From Octopus vulgaris (Eukaryota), in NCBI GenBank assembly GCA_951406725.2, contig OX597828.1, positions 41,540,001 to 41,604,000 on the forward strand: a stretch of 64,000 nt of DNA, in the 5' to 3' direction. Each line of letters opens with the position of its first letter. Position 1 is the stretch's first letter. A program made the position numbers and the translations under genes. This document shows, in pieces, positions 1-13,183 of the stretch. Below the pieces are notes generated by a model. The model worked only from the letters and a program-made list of their open reading frames with translations, was not told the origin of the DNA and searched no databases.

Positions 1-637
1 AGTCAAGTTGATAACTGTTACAGTAGAAGTGAGTCAAGCTGATAACTGCTATAGCAGAAGTGAGTCAAGTTGATAACTGTTACAGTAGAAGTGAGTCAAG
101 CTGATAACTGTTATATAGTAGAAGTGAGTCAAGCTGATAACTGTTATAGTAGAAGTGAGTCAAGCTGATAACTGATATAATAGAAGTGAGTCAAGTTGAT
201 AACTGGTATAGCAGAAGTGAGTCAAGCAGATAACTGTTATAGTAGAAGTGAGGCAAGTTGATAACTGTTATAGTAGAAGTGAGTCAAGTTGATAACTGTT
301 ATAGTAGAAGTGAGGCAAGTTGATAACTGTTACAGTAGAAGTGAGTCAAGCTGATAACTGCTATAGCAGAAGTGAGCCAAGTTGATAACTGCTACAGTAG
401 AAGTGAGTCAAGCTGATGACTGTTATAGCAGAAGTGAGTCAAGTTGATAACTGTTACAGTAGAAGTGAGTCAAGCTGATAACTGTTATAGCAGAAGTGAG
501 TCAAGTTGATAACTGTTACAGTAGAAGTGAGTCAAGCTGATAACTGCTATAGCAGAAGTGAGTCAAGTTGATAACTGTTACAGTAGAAGTGAGTCAAGCT
601 GATGACTGTTATAGCAGAAGTGAGTCACGCTGATAAC
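1..637. repeat. 31-bp minisatellite (AGTCAAGYTGATAACTGYTAYAGYAGAAGTG), ~20 units, runs off the left edge of the window
   Basis: Period-31 repetition read directly; units differ by a few C/T changes. Confidence 0.95.
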
Positions 638-790
638 TTTGTAAGTTTACAAAGAATTCCTTTTCTTCCTACATCAGTATTTTCATCACATCTGTGTTCC
701 ACTAGCAACTTTTTTAAAAAATTTCAGCACATAATTGGTTCTAATAACAGTTCAAAACTAAAATACTCGCATGGCCTTCAAAATCACCAG

Positions 791-931
<141 letters not shown>

Positions 932-1130
932 TTTTCTTAATGAGATAAAAAGCCAAGGCTGTGTAGATTTTAGAACATTCATAGATAGATCTTACAGGTG
1001 TTTCCAGGATATTCATTATATCCCTTCATCGGAGACGGTGTGACAAAATGGTTAAGAAATAGTTAATTTAGATAAGATACGAAATACAGAGTGAGGTGGA
1101 GGAATGAAAATAGATGTGAGATATGTAGGG

Positions 1131-1169
<39 letters not shown>

Positions 1170-1189
1170 TATGAAATTTTGAATTTAGT

Positions 1190-1258
1190 TCACGGACTCC
1201 CAGTACTACCTATGCGGACCACCAGGGGTCCGTGGAGCACAGGTTGGTCATCATTGGT
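1190..1258. mobile_element. Possible decayed hAT-type MITE end
   Basis: GGGGTCCGTGGAGCACAGGTTGGTCATCATTG resembles hAT/Charlie right ends; no partner end identified with certainty. Confidence 0.3.
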
Positions 1259-1588
1259 TTGGAGCATACACCTCCACCACGGTCACGACCAACCCACCGC
1301 TGCTGCCACCGTTCCCATTACCGCCACCACCACCACCATCATCATCAGCAAATAAGCAGTAATTTTTAATAACAATGTCTTACAGACAATGCCATATCTA
1401 ATGGTCAGATTTCTGTTGTCACGATCGAAGTGATGACAGAAGGAAACAAGGAGGAATACCTACTTACAGCTGGGATTGAACACAACGGGAACATTTTTGC
1501 AAACGATTTACAAACACACGAGCGCGTGCACACACACACACACACATATGTATATTTATATTTGTGTGTGTGTATGTGCATATGTGCG

Positions 1589-1620
<32 letters not shown>

Positions 1621-1710
1621 TACATACATATATATATGTATGTATGCAACATGTTGCAAATAACCCTTTATTAATGTTAATTATATATATATATATATAC
1701 ACACACACAT

Positions 1711-2169
1711 TTTTTTACTTGTTTCAGTCATTTGACTGCGGCTATGCTGGAGCACCACCTTTAGTCGAGCAAGTTGACCCCAGGACTTATTCTTTGTAAG
1801 CCTAGTGCTTATTCTATCGGTCATTTTTGCCGAACCGCAAATTTACGGGGACGTAAACACACCAGCATCGGTTTTCAAGCGATGTTGAGGGGCGTGGGAA
1901 CAAACACAGACACAGAAACATATACACACACATACATACATACATACATACATACATACATACATACATACATACATACATACATACATACATACATACA
2001 TAAATACATATACATATATACGACGGGCTTCTTTCAGTTTCCGTCTACCAAATCTACTGACAAGGCTTTGATCGGCCCGAGGCAATAGTAGAAGACACTT
2101 GTCAAGGTGCCACACAGTGGGACTGAACCTGGAACCATGTGGTTGGTAAACAAACAACTTACCACACAG

Positions 2170-2170
<1 letters not shown>
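1711..2170 (-). mobile_element. SINE family A (bipartite tRNA-derived SINE with internal microsatellite)
   Basis: Matches other copies: head ...GCTGTGTGGTAAG...GGTTCAGTCCCAC, CORE-like CACCTTG(GG)CAAGTG, internal (TATG)n, tail CCAGCATGGCCGCAGTCAAATGACTGAAACAAGTAAAA. Confidence 0.9.
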
Positions 2171-2212
<42 letters not shown>

Positions 2213-2871
2213 CATTGATACAAGCACTGCCTCATATATTTATTCATACATATATTTCTATGTACTCATATCTTGCTATATAATTTCATTAAAATAAATT
2301 TTTTATGTATACATACAAGTTCACACCTTGTTGAAGGTGCATATGTGCGTGCGCATGCGCGTACGAGTGTATGCCTGTGTGTGTGTATATGTATATATAC
2401 ATATATATATATATGTATGTATGCATGTATGTGTGTTTGTGTGTGTATTATTATCACATTCGTATATATTTAAATTATTCTAAAACACAAATACCCTAAT
2501 ACCCACATCGACATCACCAATACGAATGGCAAGAAAAAGATACGTACGTTTATGCAAATAAATTTTACTTGTATATTTACTCATGCTTTCTGTATATAGA
2601 TATATCCATTACATCAAATCTGTCTACATCTCTCTCTATCTATATATTTGTGTGTGTGTTTGCGTTTGTATGTATTTATGCAGTTATATGTATATGTATA
2701 TCTATATCTACAGCTACCTCTCTCTCTCTCTCTCTATTTATCTAGATATATTTATTTATATATACATATGTATATATGCGTGTGTTTATATGCGTGTGTA
2801 TGTATGCAATTATGGGTAGGTGTATATGAATACGTTATGTATATTAACTTGTTTGTATATTAATATAATGT

Positions 2872-2909
<38 letters not shown>

Positions 2910-2910
2910 G

Positions 2911-2956
<46 letters not shown>

Positions 2957-3089
2957 AACACACACACGTATCGTGTCAACTTTTCAGTGGCGTTGGTGTC
3001 GGAATCGGTGGCGCTTCGCGGATGTCCTGTGATTTCCTTGCTCACATATATATATGCATATATATATATACAATATATATATATATATA

Positions 3090-3268
<179 letters not shown>

Positions 3269-3777
3269 ATATATGTATAAATGAATGTTGTATTTAAGAA
3301 TATTGTATTAAAACACAAAACAAGAACAACACAAACACCAAACAAAAGATGCAGAAATAACACGTTTATTTTATTTCAATAAATGTTTGTTGTCAACCAA
3401 AACTTTACTACGCCAACATTAGAATGTTGGCTATATTTATTATTTATTCTTCCATGCTTCCAGCTCCCTCCAACCCAACCAAACGTTCCATCTGCCATTG
3501 TTGCAATCCCTTCACCGTTCTTCGCCATCCTTCACCGTTCTCTATAAGTTCCACGCTGCTTTTCTCTCCAAACCGCCCTTCCCCCACCCCCTCAACAGCC
3601 TGTTTTCTTCACTTCGCTTCTAATTTAATTTCTTACATTTATTATAATTCCAATCAAATTCATGTTCTGGAATTACTTTCCTGACAAAATAATGTTAGTG
3701 AAACAAAAATGAAACATCTTCGAAGATGTCTGCCTGTCATCTGCGAGTGAGCATGTGTGATGTCGTGGATGTAGGTG

Positions 3778-3864
<87 letters not shown>

Positions 3865-4030
3865 GTGTATGCGTATGTACACACACACATATATGTATGT
3901 ATATACACTATATATATTATATATTCTACATGTACATAAATATTAAATATATACACACAAATATATATATATATATAAATTTAAGTATATTGTAAATGTG
4001 TGAAATAGACATATATATACATATACACCC

Positions 4031-4081
<51 letters not shown>

Positions 4082-4105
4082 GATACATATATACATATAT
4101 ATGTA

Positions 4106-4165
<60 letters not shown>

Positions 4166-4763
4166 GAAATATAGATATAGATACAAACTAAATGTGAAAT
4201 AGGTACACACCCACATACTCACACACATACCCAAAACACACACATATAATATGCCTATATATGCACATAAATCTCCTTGCTATTCCCACAGAACAGAGGA
4301 AAGTGTTTCAATAAATCTATGCATATTTTAATCATTTTTCTTTTCTTTTCTTTTAATTTTGTTACTTCAAAAATGGCTTCCTTTTTTTTTTTTTTTTTTT
4401 TTAACCCTTTTCTAAAATTCAATTCAGTTTTATTTTATCCGGAATCAGAAAATATTTTAAATTTCCTTTTCATTTGCAATTTGCTTTTTACCAAATTTTT
4501 GCAGTTGGCATTTTGTATTCGGTTTCTTTTGTTGCATTTCGCATTTTAATTTTTTTGTTGCATTCTGCGTTTTGTCTTTGCATTTTGTTGTTACACAAAT
4601 ATTTGTTTTATTCTCTAGCAGAATTTTGATATTTGATAACGATTTCGCACTCATGCACAACTAAGATGTGCTCTATGTAGGTATGGGTACATATATCGTC
4701 AACGTGTTTAATTTAGTGTTATTACTGTGTATTGCTTGTGTATGTGCACGCATGTAATATACG

Positions 4764-4824
<61 letters not shown>

Positions 4825-4827
<3 letters not shown>

Positions 4828-4981
4828 GCTGTGTGGTAAGAAACTTGCTTCCCAACCACATGGTTCCGGGTTCATTTCACTGCGTGGCACCTTGGGCAAG
4901 TGTCTTCTACAAGAGCTTTATCCCGACAAAAGCCTTGTGAGTGGATCTGGTAGACGGAAACTGAAAGAGGTCCATCGTGTG

Positions 4982-5035
<54 letters not shown>

Positions 5036-5262
5036 TATGTGTGTCTGTATCTGTGTTTGTCCCCAACCGGTGCTGGTATGTTTACGTCCCCGTGACTTAG
5101 CGGTTCGGCAAAAGAGACTGATACATAAGCACGAAGGCAGAGCAAAAGAAAAAAAAAAAAGCAAAAGAAAGAAGTACTTGGGTCTTTTCATTTAACAAAA
5201 AATTTTTCCAGGCTGTGCTCCAGTATGGCCGCAATCTAATGATTGCAACTACTGAAAAGATA
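4825..5262 (+). mobile_element. SINE family A, diverged
   Basis: Similarity to the family A consensus seen elsewhere in the window. Confidence 0.85.
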
Positions 5263-5297
5263 AAATAACAAAGATATATATTCTATTATTCTGTTAT

Positions 5298-5500
5298 TCT
5301 TTTACTTGTTTCAGTCTTTGATTGCGGCCATGCTGGAATTCCGCCTTTAGTCAAAATAACCAACCCAGGACTTATTCTTTGTAAGCCTAGTACTTATTCC
5401 ATTAGTTGCTTTTTCCGATCCGCTAAGTTACGGGGACATAAACACACCAGCATCGGTTGTCAAGCGATGTTGGGTGTGGACAGACACAGACACACAAACC
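5298..5500 (-). mobile_element. SINE family A, right half only
   Basis: Tail and right-monomer similarity. Confidence 0.85.
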
Positions 5501-5518
5501 TATACACACACACACACA

Positions 5519-5561
<43 letters not shown>

Positions 5562-5599
5562 GACGTCCTGTTTTTGTTGTTATTATTATTATCATTATT

Positions 5600-5865
5600 G
5601 TTTTTACGTATTTTTGTATTCTTATTCGTGTAACATCGTCCGGTTTTCCGTCCTTGTTTTGTATACATTCGAGGCTTTCTTCAAAGGAATCTAATGCGCT
5701 TGGCTTAGATTTTCCTTTGGGGCTGGCCAGATCGGAGCAATCTCAAGATTAATCAGCCGAAATTGCGAAGATGATCCGGTTCTTGACTGAAGATTGAAGG
5801 CTTCGAATGTCCCGTCCGTGTTTTTTGTATCGTATTCTAAATGTTTTACGTTCTTGTCCCAGTTT
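5600..5865. repeat. Unclassified interspersed repeat (paralog at ~41000-41255)
   Basis: Colinear similarity, e.g. GGGGCTGGCC...CAGCCGAAATT...GATGATCCGGTTC...GACTGAAGATT...GGCTTCGA...CGTTCTTGTCCCA in both copies. Confidence 0.8.
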
Positions 5866-5877
5866 GTATTTTTTTAC

Positions 5878-5955
<78 letters not shown>

Positions 5956-5984
5956 GTGTGTATTCATAAAAAGTGTAGGTGGCA

Positions 5985-6390
5985 TACGAGTGGGTATATA
6001 TTTATAAAAAAGTTTGAAAACGCCACTATATAAGATAAATTTTAATTTTCTTAGAGATTTTAATTGTTTCGGTTCTTCTTGAATAAACGAACCTTATCAA
6101 AAATATTTTAAAAGGTTAATTGTAATAAAAATGTTCATAATTGTTTCTTACTAGTCTCAACAGAGTCCACGTGGTGGTGTCTTGTGGGGGCCAACAGTCA
6201 CTTTCACAATCACAACCAACGATTCTAGTCAACGCAGAGGACAGCCATCATGTCCCCCCTCCCCAATTATGAACTTTTTTTCATTACAATTAACTTTTTA
6301 AAATATTTTTGATAAGGTTCGTTTTTTCAAGAACCGAAACATGTAAAATCTCTAAAAAAATTAAAATTTATCTTATATAGTGGCGTTTTC
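5985..6390. mobile_element. Foldback MITE with ~128-bp inverted arms (6016-6143 / 6264-6390), mariner-like left end
   Basis: Arms ~90% identical as reverse complements; left flank begins TA-CGAG; right end abuts a SINE A fragment. Confidence 0.8.
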
Positions 6391-6454
6391 CTTGTGAGTA
6401 GATTTGGTAGACGGAAACTGAAAGAAACCTGTCGAATATACATACATACATACA

Positions 6455-6536
<82 letters not shown>

Positions 6537-6730
6537 TCTGTCTGTCTGTCTGTCTTTGTCCCTTTCTCCCACTCCAACCGCTTGACAACCAGTGTTGGGG
6601 TGTTTGCGTCCCCGTAACATAACGGTTCGGCAAGAGAGACCGATAGAATGAGTACTGGGGTCGATTCATTCGACTAAAAGTTGAAGACGGTGCTCCAGCA
6701 GGGCCGCAGTCTAATGACTGAAACAAATGA
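6391..6730 (+). mobile_element. SINE family A, 5'-truncated
   Basis: Starts at CTTGTGAGTAGATTTGGTAGACGG, internal microsatellite, tail GACTGAAACAA. Confidence 0.85.
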
Positions 6731-6744
6731 AAGGTAATAATAAT

Positions 6745-7085
6745 TCTTTCTAATCTGGACGCAAGGTTGGTGATTTTAAGGGGACGGGCTGGTCGATTAC
6801 GTTGACCCCAGCCCTTGAATGGTACTTATTTTATTGACCCCGAAAGCATTAGAAACAAAGTCGACCTCGACGGAGTTTGAACTCGAAACGTAAAGACGGA
6901 TGACATACTTGCTAAGAGTTTTGTCCGGCATATCTAAAGACTCTGCCAGCTCGCTACCCTAATAATTATAATCTTTTCTAATATAGGTACAAGGCCTGAA
7001 ATTTGGGGAAGAGGGTAAGTCGATTACATTGACCTCAGTGCTCGATTAGGGCTTATTTTATCGACCCCGTAAGGGATAAAAAGTA
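6745..7085 (-). mobile_element. Two old SINE family B fragments
   Basis: GACCCCGAAAG..., AAAGTCGACCTCG..., TTTGAACTC, CTGCCAGCTCGC motifs. Confidence 0.7.
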
Positions 7086-7253
7086 AAGAGTACAGAGTGG
7101 TGAAAGAGTACAGCAGGGTTCGCCACCATTCCCTCGTGGAGCTTTAGGTGTTTACGCTCAATAAACACTCACAATGTCCGGTCTGGGAATCGAAACCGCG
7201 ATCCTATGACCGCGGGTCCGCTAGCCTAACCACTGGGTCATTGCGCCTCCACT
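7086..7253 (-). mobile_element. OR1-like tRNA-derived SINE, 5' part
   Basis: Reverse complement GTGGAGGCGCAATGACCCAGTGGTTAGG...GGTTTCGATTCCCAGACCGG (A and B boxes); matches the copy at 56231-56622. Confidence 0.8.
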
Positions 7254-7297
7254 ACGATATATGTAAGTATTACATGAATATACATACACACACACAA

Positions 7298-7344
<47 letters not shown>

Positions 7345-7919
7345 CGAGCACACGCACACAAACATACATACAAGCATACATACATTCATGTTTGCATAAG
7401 ATTTTTCATGACGAACTCAGTACTGGAAATCGAGTATAGATACTTTATATCTTTATGTTAGTGCACGCGCGTGTGCGTGCGTGCGTATGTGTGTGTGTGT
7501 ATTCACAGATACGCAAATACATACATGCATATACACACACGTAGTGTAAATAAATGGTCACAAAACCAGTTATTAATTTCGCCAATACTTTAAGGACAAC
7601 ACCAACACCATCAGCACCAACAACAACATCTTGGACAATATCAATACCCGTAATGATATTAGCGGTAATAATAGAAAATATAATGAGATATTTAGAGTAA
7701 TAATTATTTCTCGTATAGTTTCCAATGGTTTTAGACTTCATAAAACCGTAAATAACAAGGAAAATGCTATTTTAATTATTGAAAATTGGTAAAACAAACT
7801 AAGAATTCAATGGAAGAATGGTGAAATTATTGAGGAAGAAGAATTTCGATCATAGATTGTATTTTTTCCCAATTACAAAACAATAATAGTCTATATGCCA
7901 TTTAGAAAAAAAACAAACT

Positions 7920-8300
7920 TTTTTACTTGTTTCAGTCATTGGACTGCGGCCATGCTGGGGCACCGCCCTGAAGCGCTTTAGTCGAGCAGATCAATCCCAG
8001 TATGTAATTTTCAAGTCGAGAACGTGCAAATTGTCTCGTTTGCTTTTGCTAAAACGCTATTTACGGGGACGAAAACAATCCACCACCGGTTGTCAATTGG
8101 TAGGAAAGGAGACAAATACAGATATAAACACGTGCATACACACATAAACGACAGGCTTCAACACAGTTTCCGTTCTACCAAATTTTACTTACAAGGCATT
8201 GATTGGTCTGGGGCTGTAGTAGAAGACACTCGCCCAATGGGATCGAACATGATACCAATTGGCTGCAAAGCGAGTTTCTTAACCACACAGCCATGTCTGC
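7920..8300 (-). mobile_element. SINE family A, old diverged copy
   Basis: Similarity to consensus. Confidence 0.75.
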
Positions 8301-8320
8301 ACTTACGGAAATTATGTATA

Positions 8321-8508
8321 TACTCTTTACTCTTTTACTCTTTTACTTGTTTCAGTCATGTGACTGTGGCCATGCTGGAGCACCGCCTTTTGTCGAGCAA
8401 ATCGACCCCAGGATTTATTCTTTGTAAGCCTAGTACTTATTCTATCGGTCCCTTTTGTTACGGGGACGTAAACGCACCAGCTTCGGTTGTCAAGCGATGT
8501 TGAGGGGA

Positions 8509-8574
<66 letters not shown>

Positions 8575-8748
8575 CTCATATATACGACGGGCTTGTTTCA
8601 GTTCCCGTCTACCAAATCCACTCACGAGGCTTTGGTCGGCCCGGGACTATAATACAAGACACTTGCCCAAGGTGCCGCGCAGTGGGACTGTACCCAGAAC
8701 CATGTGGTTGGTAAGCAAGCTACTTACCATATAGCCGCTCCTACGCCT
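8321..8748 (-). mobile_element. SINE family A, full length
   Basis: Complete head to (TAAAAGAG)n tail; TATGTATATA on both flanks (possible TSD). Confidence 0.9.
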
Positions 8749-9339
8749 ATGTATATAAAGTTAGCGCTTTTGGAAACCAAGGTAACGCTCCAGAAAGACG
8801 TGGTGACTTCTCGGAAAGGTAGTATGCCTTTTAGTTTTTTTAACCTTGTAACTTGTTTCAGTTACTGGATTGCAGCCATGCTGGAGGAGCACCGCCTAGA
8901 AGAGTTTTTGTCGAATAGACCGACGCTCGTACTTATTTTTAAATCGAGTACTTATTCTATCGGTCTTTTTTGCTGTAATGCTAAGTTACAGGGACGTAAA
9001 CAAACCAACACCGGTTCTCAAGTGGTGAGGAGGCGACAAACGCTGACGCAGATATATCCACGCACGGGCACACTCATGCTCACACACAGAGACAGAGACA
9101 GACAAACAGACAGACAGACACATATATACATGCTGTATTTGCTGTTGTAGTGAACCCCAGGCTAGCTTTGATCTCTCAGATCTTTTCTAAAATGTATTCC
9201 AGCCATGACCATCCCATCTGTCTTTGTATTAGTGACTACATGGTATAACGGGTCCTTTCCCTCATAAAGAAAATAGCGTCTGTGATTTAAAGGAAGTTTA
9301 GCTACTTCAAGAAAAGCAATGATGAAAGCCTTCCAACGC

Positions 9340-9584
9340 TTTACTCTTTTACATGTTTCAGTCATGTGACTGTGGCCATGCTGGAGCACCGCCTTTAGTC
9401 GAGCAAATCGACCGCAGGACTTATTCTTTGTAAGCCTAGTACTTATTTTATCGGTCTCTTGTACCGAACCGCCAAGTTACAGGGACGTAAACACACCAGC
9501 ATCGATTATCAAGCGATGTTGGAGAGACAAACACAGACACACAAACACACACACATATGTATATGTATATATATATATATATAT

Positions 9585-9659
<75 letters not shown>

Positions 9660-9805
9660 ACGGGCTTCTTTCAGTTTCCGTCTACCAAATCCACTCACAA
9701 GACTTTGGTCGGCCCGAGGCTATCGTAGAAGACACTTGCTCAAGGTGCCACGCAGTGGGACTGAACTCGGAACCATGTGGTTCGTAAGCAAGCTACTTAT
9801 CACTC
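9340..9805 (-). mobile_element. SINE family A
   Basis: Similarity to consensus; long internal (TA)n. Confidence 0.9.
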
Positions 9806-9820
9806 CGTTTGAAGGTGGTA

Positions 9821-9851
<31 letters not shown>

Positions 9852-10193
9852 ACATTTGACCATTATAAAATTGCTTTGCAGTTCGGGACATCGTCAGATT
9901 TTTGTGCAAAAGTTCACGATCATTTTTGAGTCCCTAAAATTCTTGCCGCAACTACAAACTACAACTAATTTCCCATTACATAAGTTCAGAACGAAATCCA
10001 GACTAGTGAATTCTGTATGCTTACTGTCTGATAGGGCTTCCAGGCAGCCTTTTTCTTCTTATTTACAGTTTCTATATTTCTGCTATCTTTCCAGGTTGGC
10101 ATACCACCTTTCGGAGAAGTCACCATGTCTTTCTGGAGCGTTACCTTGGTTTTCAAAAGCGCTAACCTTTCTTTGCATTCTTCTCATTCAATA

Positions 10194-11018
10194 TTGTATT
10201 TTCTAGCTCTCAAATCGAATTTGTCAAACAAAAATTTACAGCCAAAAATGCTAGGTCGACTTTAACACAAAGACGACATTGAAAGACAAAAAAATCCACG
10301 TTAAACGCAGCAGGATTTGGAAAGGCGGTGACAATGTTTAAATGTTCACATATATACGCTATATATTTCTTTATTGCCCACAAGGTTTCTAAACACATAG
10401 GGGACAAACAAGGACAGACAAACGGATTAAGTCGATAATATCGACCCCAGTGCGTAACTGGTACTTAATTTATCGACCCCGAAAGGATGAAAGGTAAAGT
10501 CGACCTCGGCGGAGTTTGAACTCAGAACGTAGCGGCAGACGAAATACCTATTTCTATTTCTTTATTACCCACAAGGGGCTAAACACATAGGGGACAAACA
10601 AGGACAGACAAACGGATTAAGTCGATAATATCGACCCCAGTGCGTAACTGGTACTTAATTTATCGACCCCGAAAGGATAAAAGGTAAAGTCGACCTCGGC
10701 GGAATTTGAACTGAGAACGTAGCGGCAGACGAAATACCTATTTCTTTACTACCCACAAGGGGCTAAACACATAGGGGACAAACAAAGACAGACAAACGGA
10801 TTAAGTCGATAATATCGACCCCAGTGCGTAACTGGTACTTAATTTATCGACCCCGAAAGGATAAAAGGTAAAGTCGACCTCGGCGGAGTTTGAACTCAGA
10901 ACGTAGCGGCAGACGAAATACGGCTACGCATTTCGCCCGGTGGGCTAACGTTTCTGCCAGCTCGCCGCCTTCATATATACGCTATATATCACATCGACGA
11001 GAATGTTGGAAAATACAG
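10194..11018. mobile_element. TA-flanked Tc1/mariner/pogo-type MITE (same family as 37416-37677), interrupted by a SINE B trimer
   Basis: Degenerate TIRs TTGTATTTTCTAGC / GTTGGAAAATACAG with TA flanks; 10210-10348 colinear with 37430-37572. Confidence 0.75.
10367..10971 (-). mobile_element. SINE family B with three tandem ~184-bp internal units
   Basis: Head AAGGCGGCGAGCTGGCAGAA, B box GAGTTCAAA; 18-bp TSD CATATATACGCTATATAT at 10349-10366 and 10972-10989. Confidence 0.92.
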
Positions 11019-11117
11019 TATAGCAGTGTTTCTCAAACTATCTGATGTGGTGTACCGGCAGTTTTGCTTTTCAAATGAGCCAGGGACCAGTAATATTTCT
11101 TAGTAATATTAATTTAT

Positions 11118-11404
11118 AGGCGCAGGAGTGGCTGTCTGGTAAGTAGCTTGCTTACAAACCACATGGTTCCGGGTTCAGTCCTACTGCGTTGCACCTTGGG
11201 CAAGTGTCTTCTACTATAGCCTCGGACCAACCAAATCCTTGTGAGTAGACTTGGTAGACGGAAACTGAAAGAAGCCCGTCGTATATATGTATATGTGTGT
11301 GTGTGTTTGTCCCCCCCCCCCCAACATCGCTTGACAACCAATGCTGGTGCGTTCATATCCCCGTAACTTAGCGGTTCGGCAAAAGAGACCAATAGAATAA
11401 GTAC

Positions 11405-11405
<1 letters not shown>
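11118..11405 (+). mobile_element. SINE family A, 3'-truncated
   Basis: AGGCGCAGGAGTGGCTG head through GATAGAATAAGTAC-like motif. Confidence 0.9.
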
Positions 11406-11490
<85 letters not shown>

Positions 11491-11595
11491 CATACATACA
11501 TATATAAATACATGTATATACGTATATATATATATATTATATATGTATGTCTATGTGTGCGCAAACTTGTGCATGTATGTATATCTCTCTATCTT

Positions 11596-11632
<37 letters not shown>

Positions 11633-11708
11633 AGCGTCTGTGTGTGCGTGTGTGTGTGTGTGCGTGTGTGTGTGTGTGCGCGTGTGTGTGTAAATATATA
11701 TATATATG

Positions 11709-11739
<31 letters not shown>

Positions 11740-12623
11740 ATATTTATTTATATATGCATATACATGCGCGCGCACACACAAACAGATGAATAAGGCAATA
11801 TTGTTGCTTTTTATATTATTTATGTGTGTGTGTGTGTAAACAAACATATTTTTTTGTTTGGCTAAAATAATTCTCTTTTTTTTGTTTTTTTCAACATTTT
11901 TACCAACATTAATAACCAGTCAAAGAATGATTCGATAAATTCCAATTGATAAATCACATTAGCGTTGGATTTGGAAATAAGTGTCATTGAATTGAAGAAT
12001 TGATGTTTTTTCTTTTTTCCCTGCCACAGTCCGCCGCCGATTCTATTAGTCCATTTGTTATCCTGTTCTATCGTAACATCGAACATTTACTCTACCCCCG
12101 CACTTTTCCCTTTCCCTTATCCTTCCAAAAACTGAAAATATTACCAATTACCCCGTTTTATTTGCAGCTCCCTTCAGTAATTAGATTAAACACCAATTAA
12201 ACCTAACTAATTAAAGTCTTCTGAGAGAAATAATGGATCAGTTACGTATTCCGGCACCAAATTTCACCATACGACATAACAGAATACAACTGGATTTTTC
12301 CAATTACAGGCCGAGAGAATTAAGCTAGTTTCCATCATCTTTACAAACAACACTCTCTACTTCTCTCCCTTACTCTCTCCCTTACTCTCCGTTTCCTTGT
12401 CCCTTTCTCTTCGTTTCCCTTCCGTTTTCCGTTTCCTCCTCCCGCCCTTCTTCTTGTTTTGGTTAATTGAGGCAGGTTAGGTGAGTTTTACGTTATATAA
12501 CGAAGAGAAAATTAGATTTAGAGATACAGAAAATATTATGGTGTAATGTTGATGGGTTTTGTACGTCAAAAACAACAGCAAATAAGGAGGAGAAGCAGGA
12601 AGAGGAGGAAAAGGAAGAGGAGA

Positions 12624-12654
<31 letters not shown>

Positions 12655-12835
12655 GGTTGAGCTGTAACTGAAATCTGAATTGTTTATTAATCTGACAATT
12701 TAGTCAGAAACATTGAAGTTTTGAAATATTGCATGAGTCGGTAATAAACGCAGGTTCAATCCTCATATGGCTTTAAAAGGAGGGGGAGGAGGACGAGGAG
12801 AAAGAAGAGGGGGGAGAAGGCTACGTGTTTTAAAG

Positions 12836-13150
12836 TGAAGGCGGCGAATGGTCTAGTGGTTAAGATGTTGGGTTTACGATCGCTGCATCACGGGTTCCAT
12901 TCTCGGATCGGATGACACGTTGTTTTTTTTTTGTTTTCTCAAACGGGCCGCATCACTTCATGATGCTCGTTGGCTCTCAGTTAAAAATGAGTACCAGTGG
13001 CATCTGAAATTGGATCGGGTGGGGTGACGGCGATGGTTTAACCCTGACCCTTACTGGCCTCTCGTTCAGTGGGAATTCTTTTATCCTCAGTCTAAAAGCG
13101 CCTCGAAAAATCAAATAAGCTCCGGCCTCTTGAATCTATAGGTTCGAGGC
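12836..13150 (+). mobile_element. Old tRNA-derived SINE with tail Y (…AAATAAGCTCCGGCC…)
   Basis: A box TGGTCTAGTGG, B-like GGTTCCATTCT, AAAAATGAGTACC; heavily diverged. Confidence 0.55.
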
Positions 13151-13151
13151 A

Positions 13152-13181
<30 letters not shown>

Positions 13182-13183
<2 letters not shown>

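Noticed and set aside
1-637. CRISPR-like array
   Set aside because: Contiguous units without unique spacers; eukaryotic context; no cas genes
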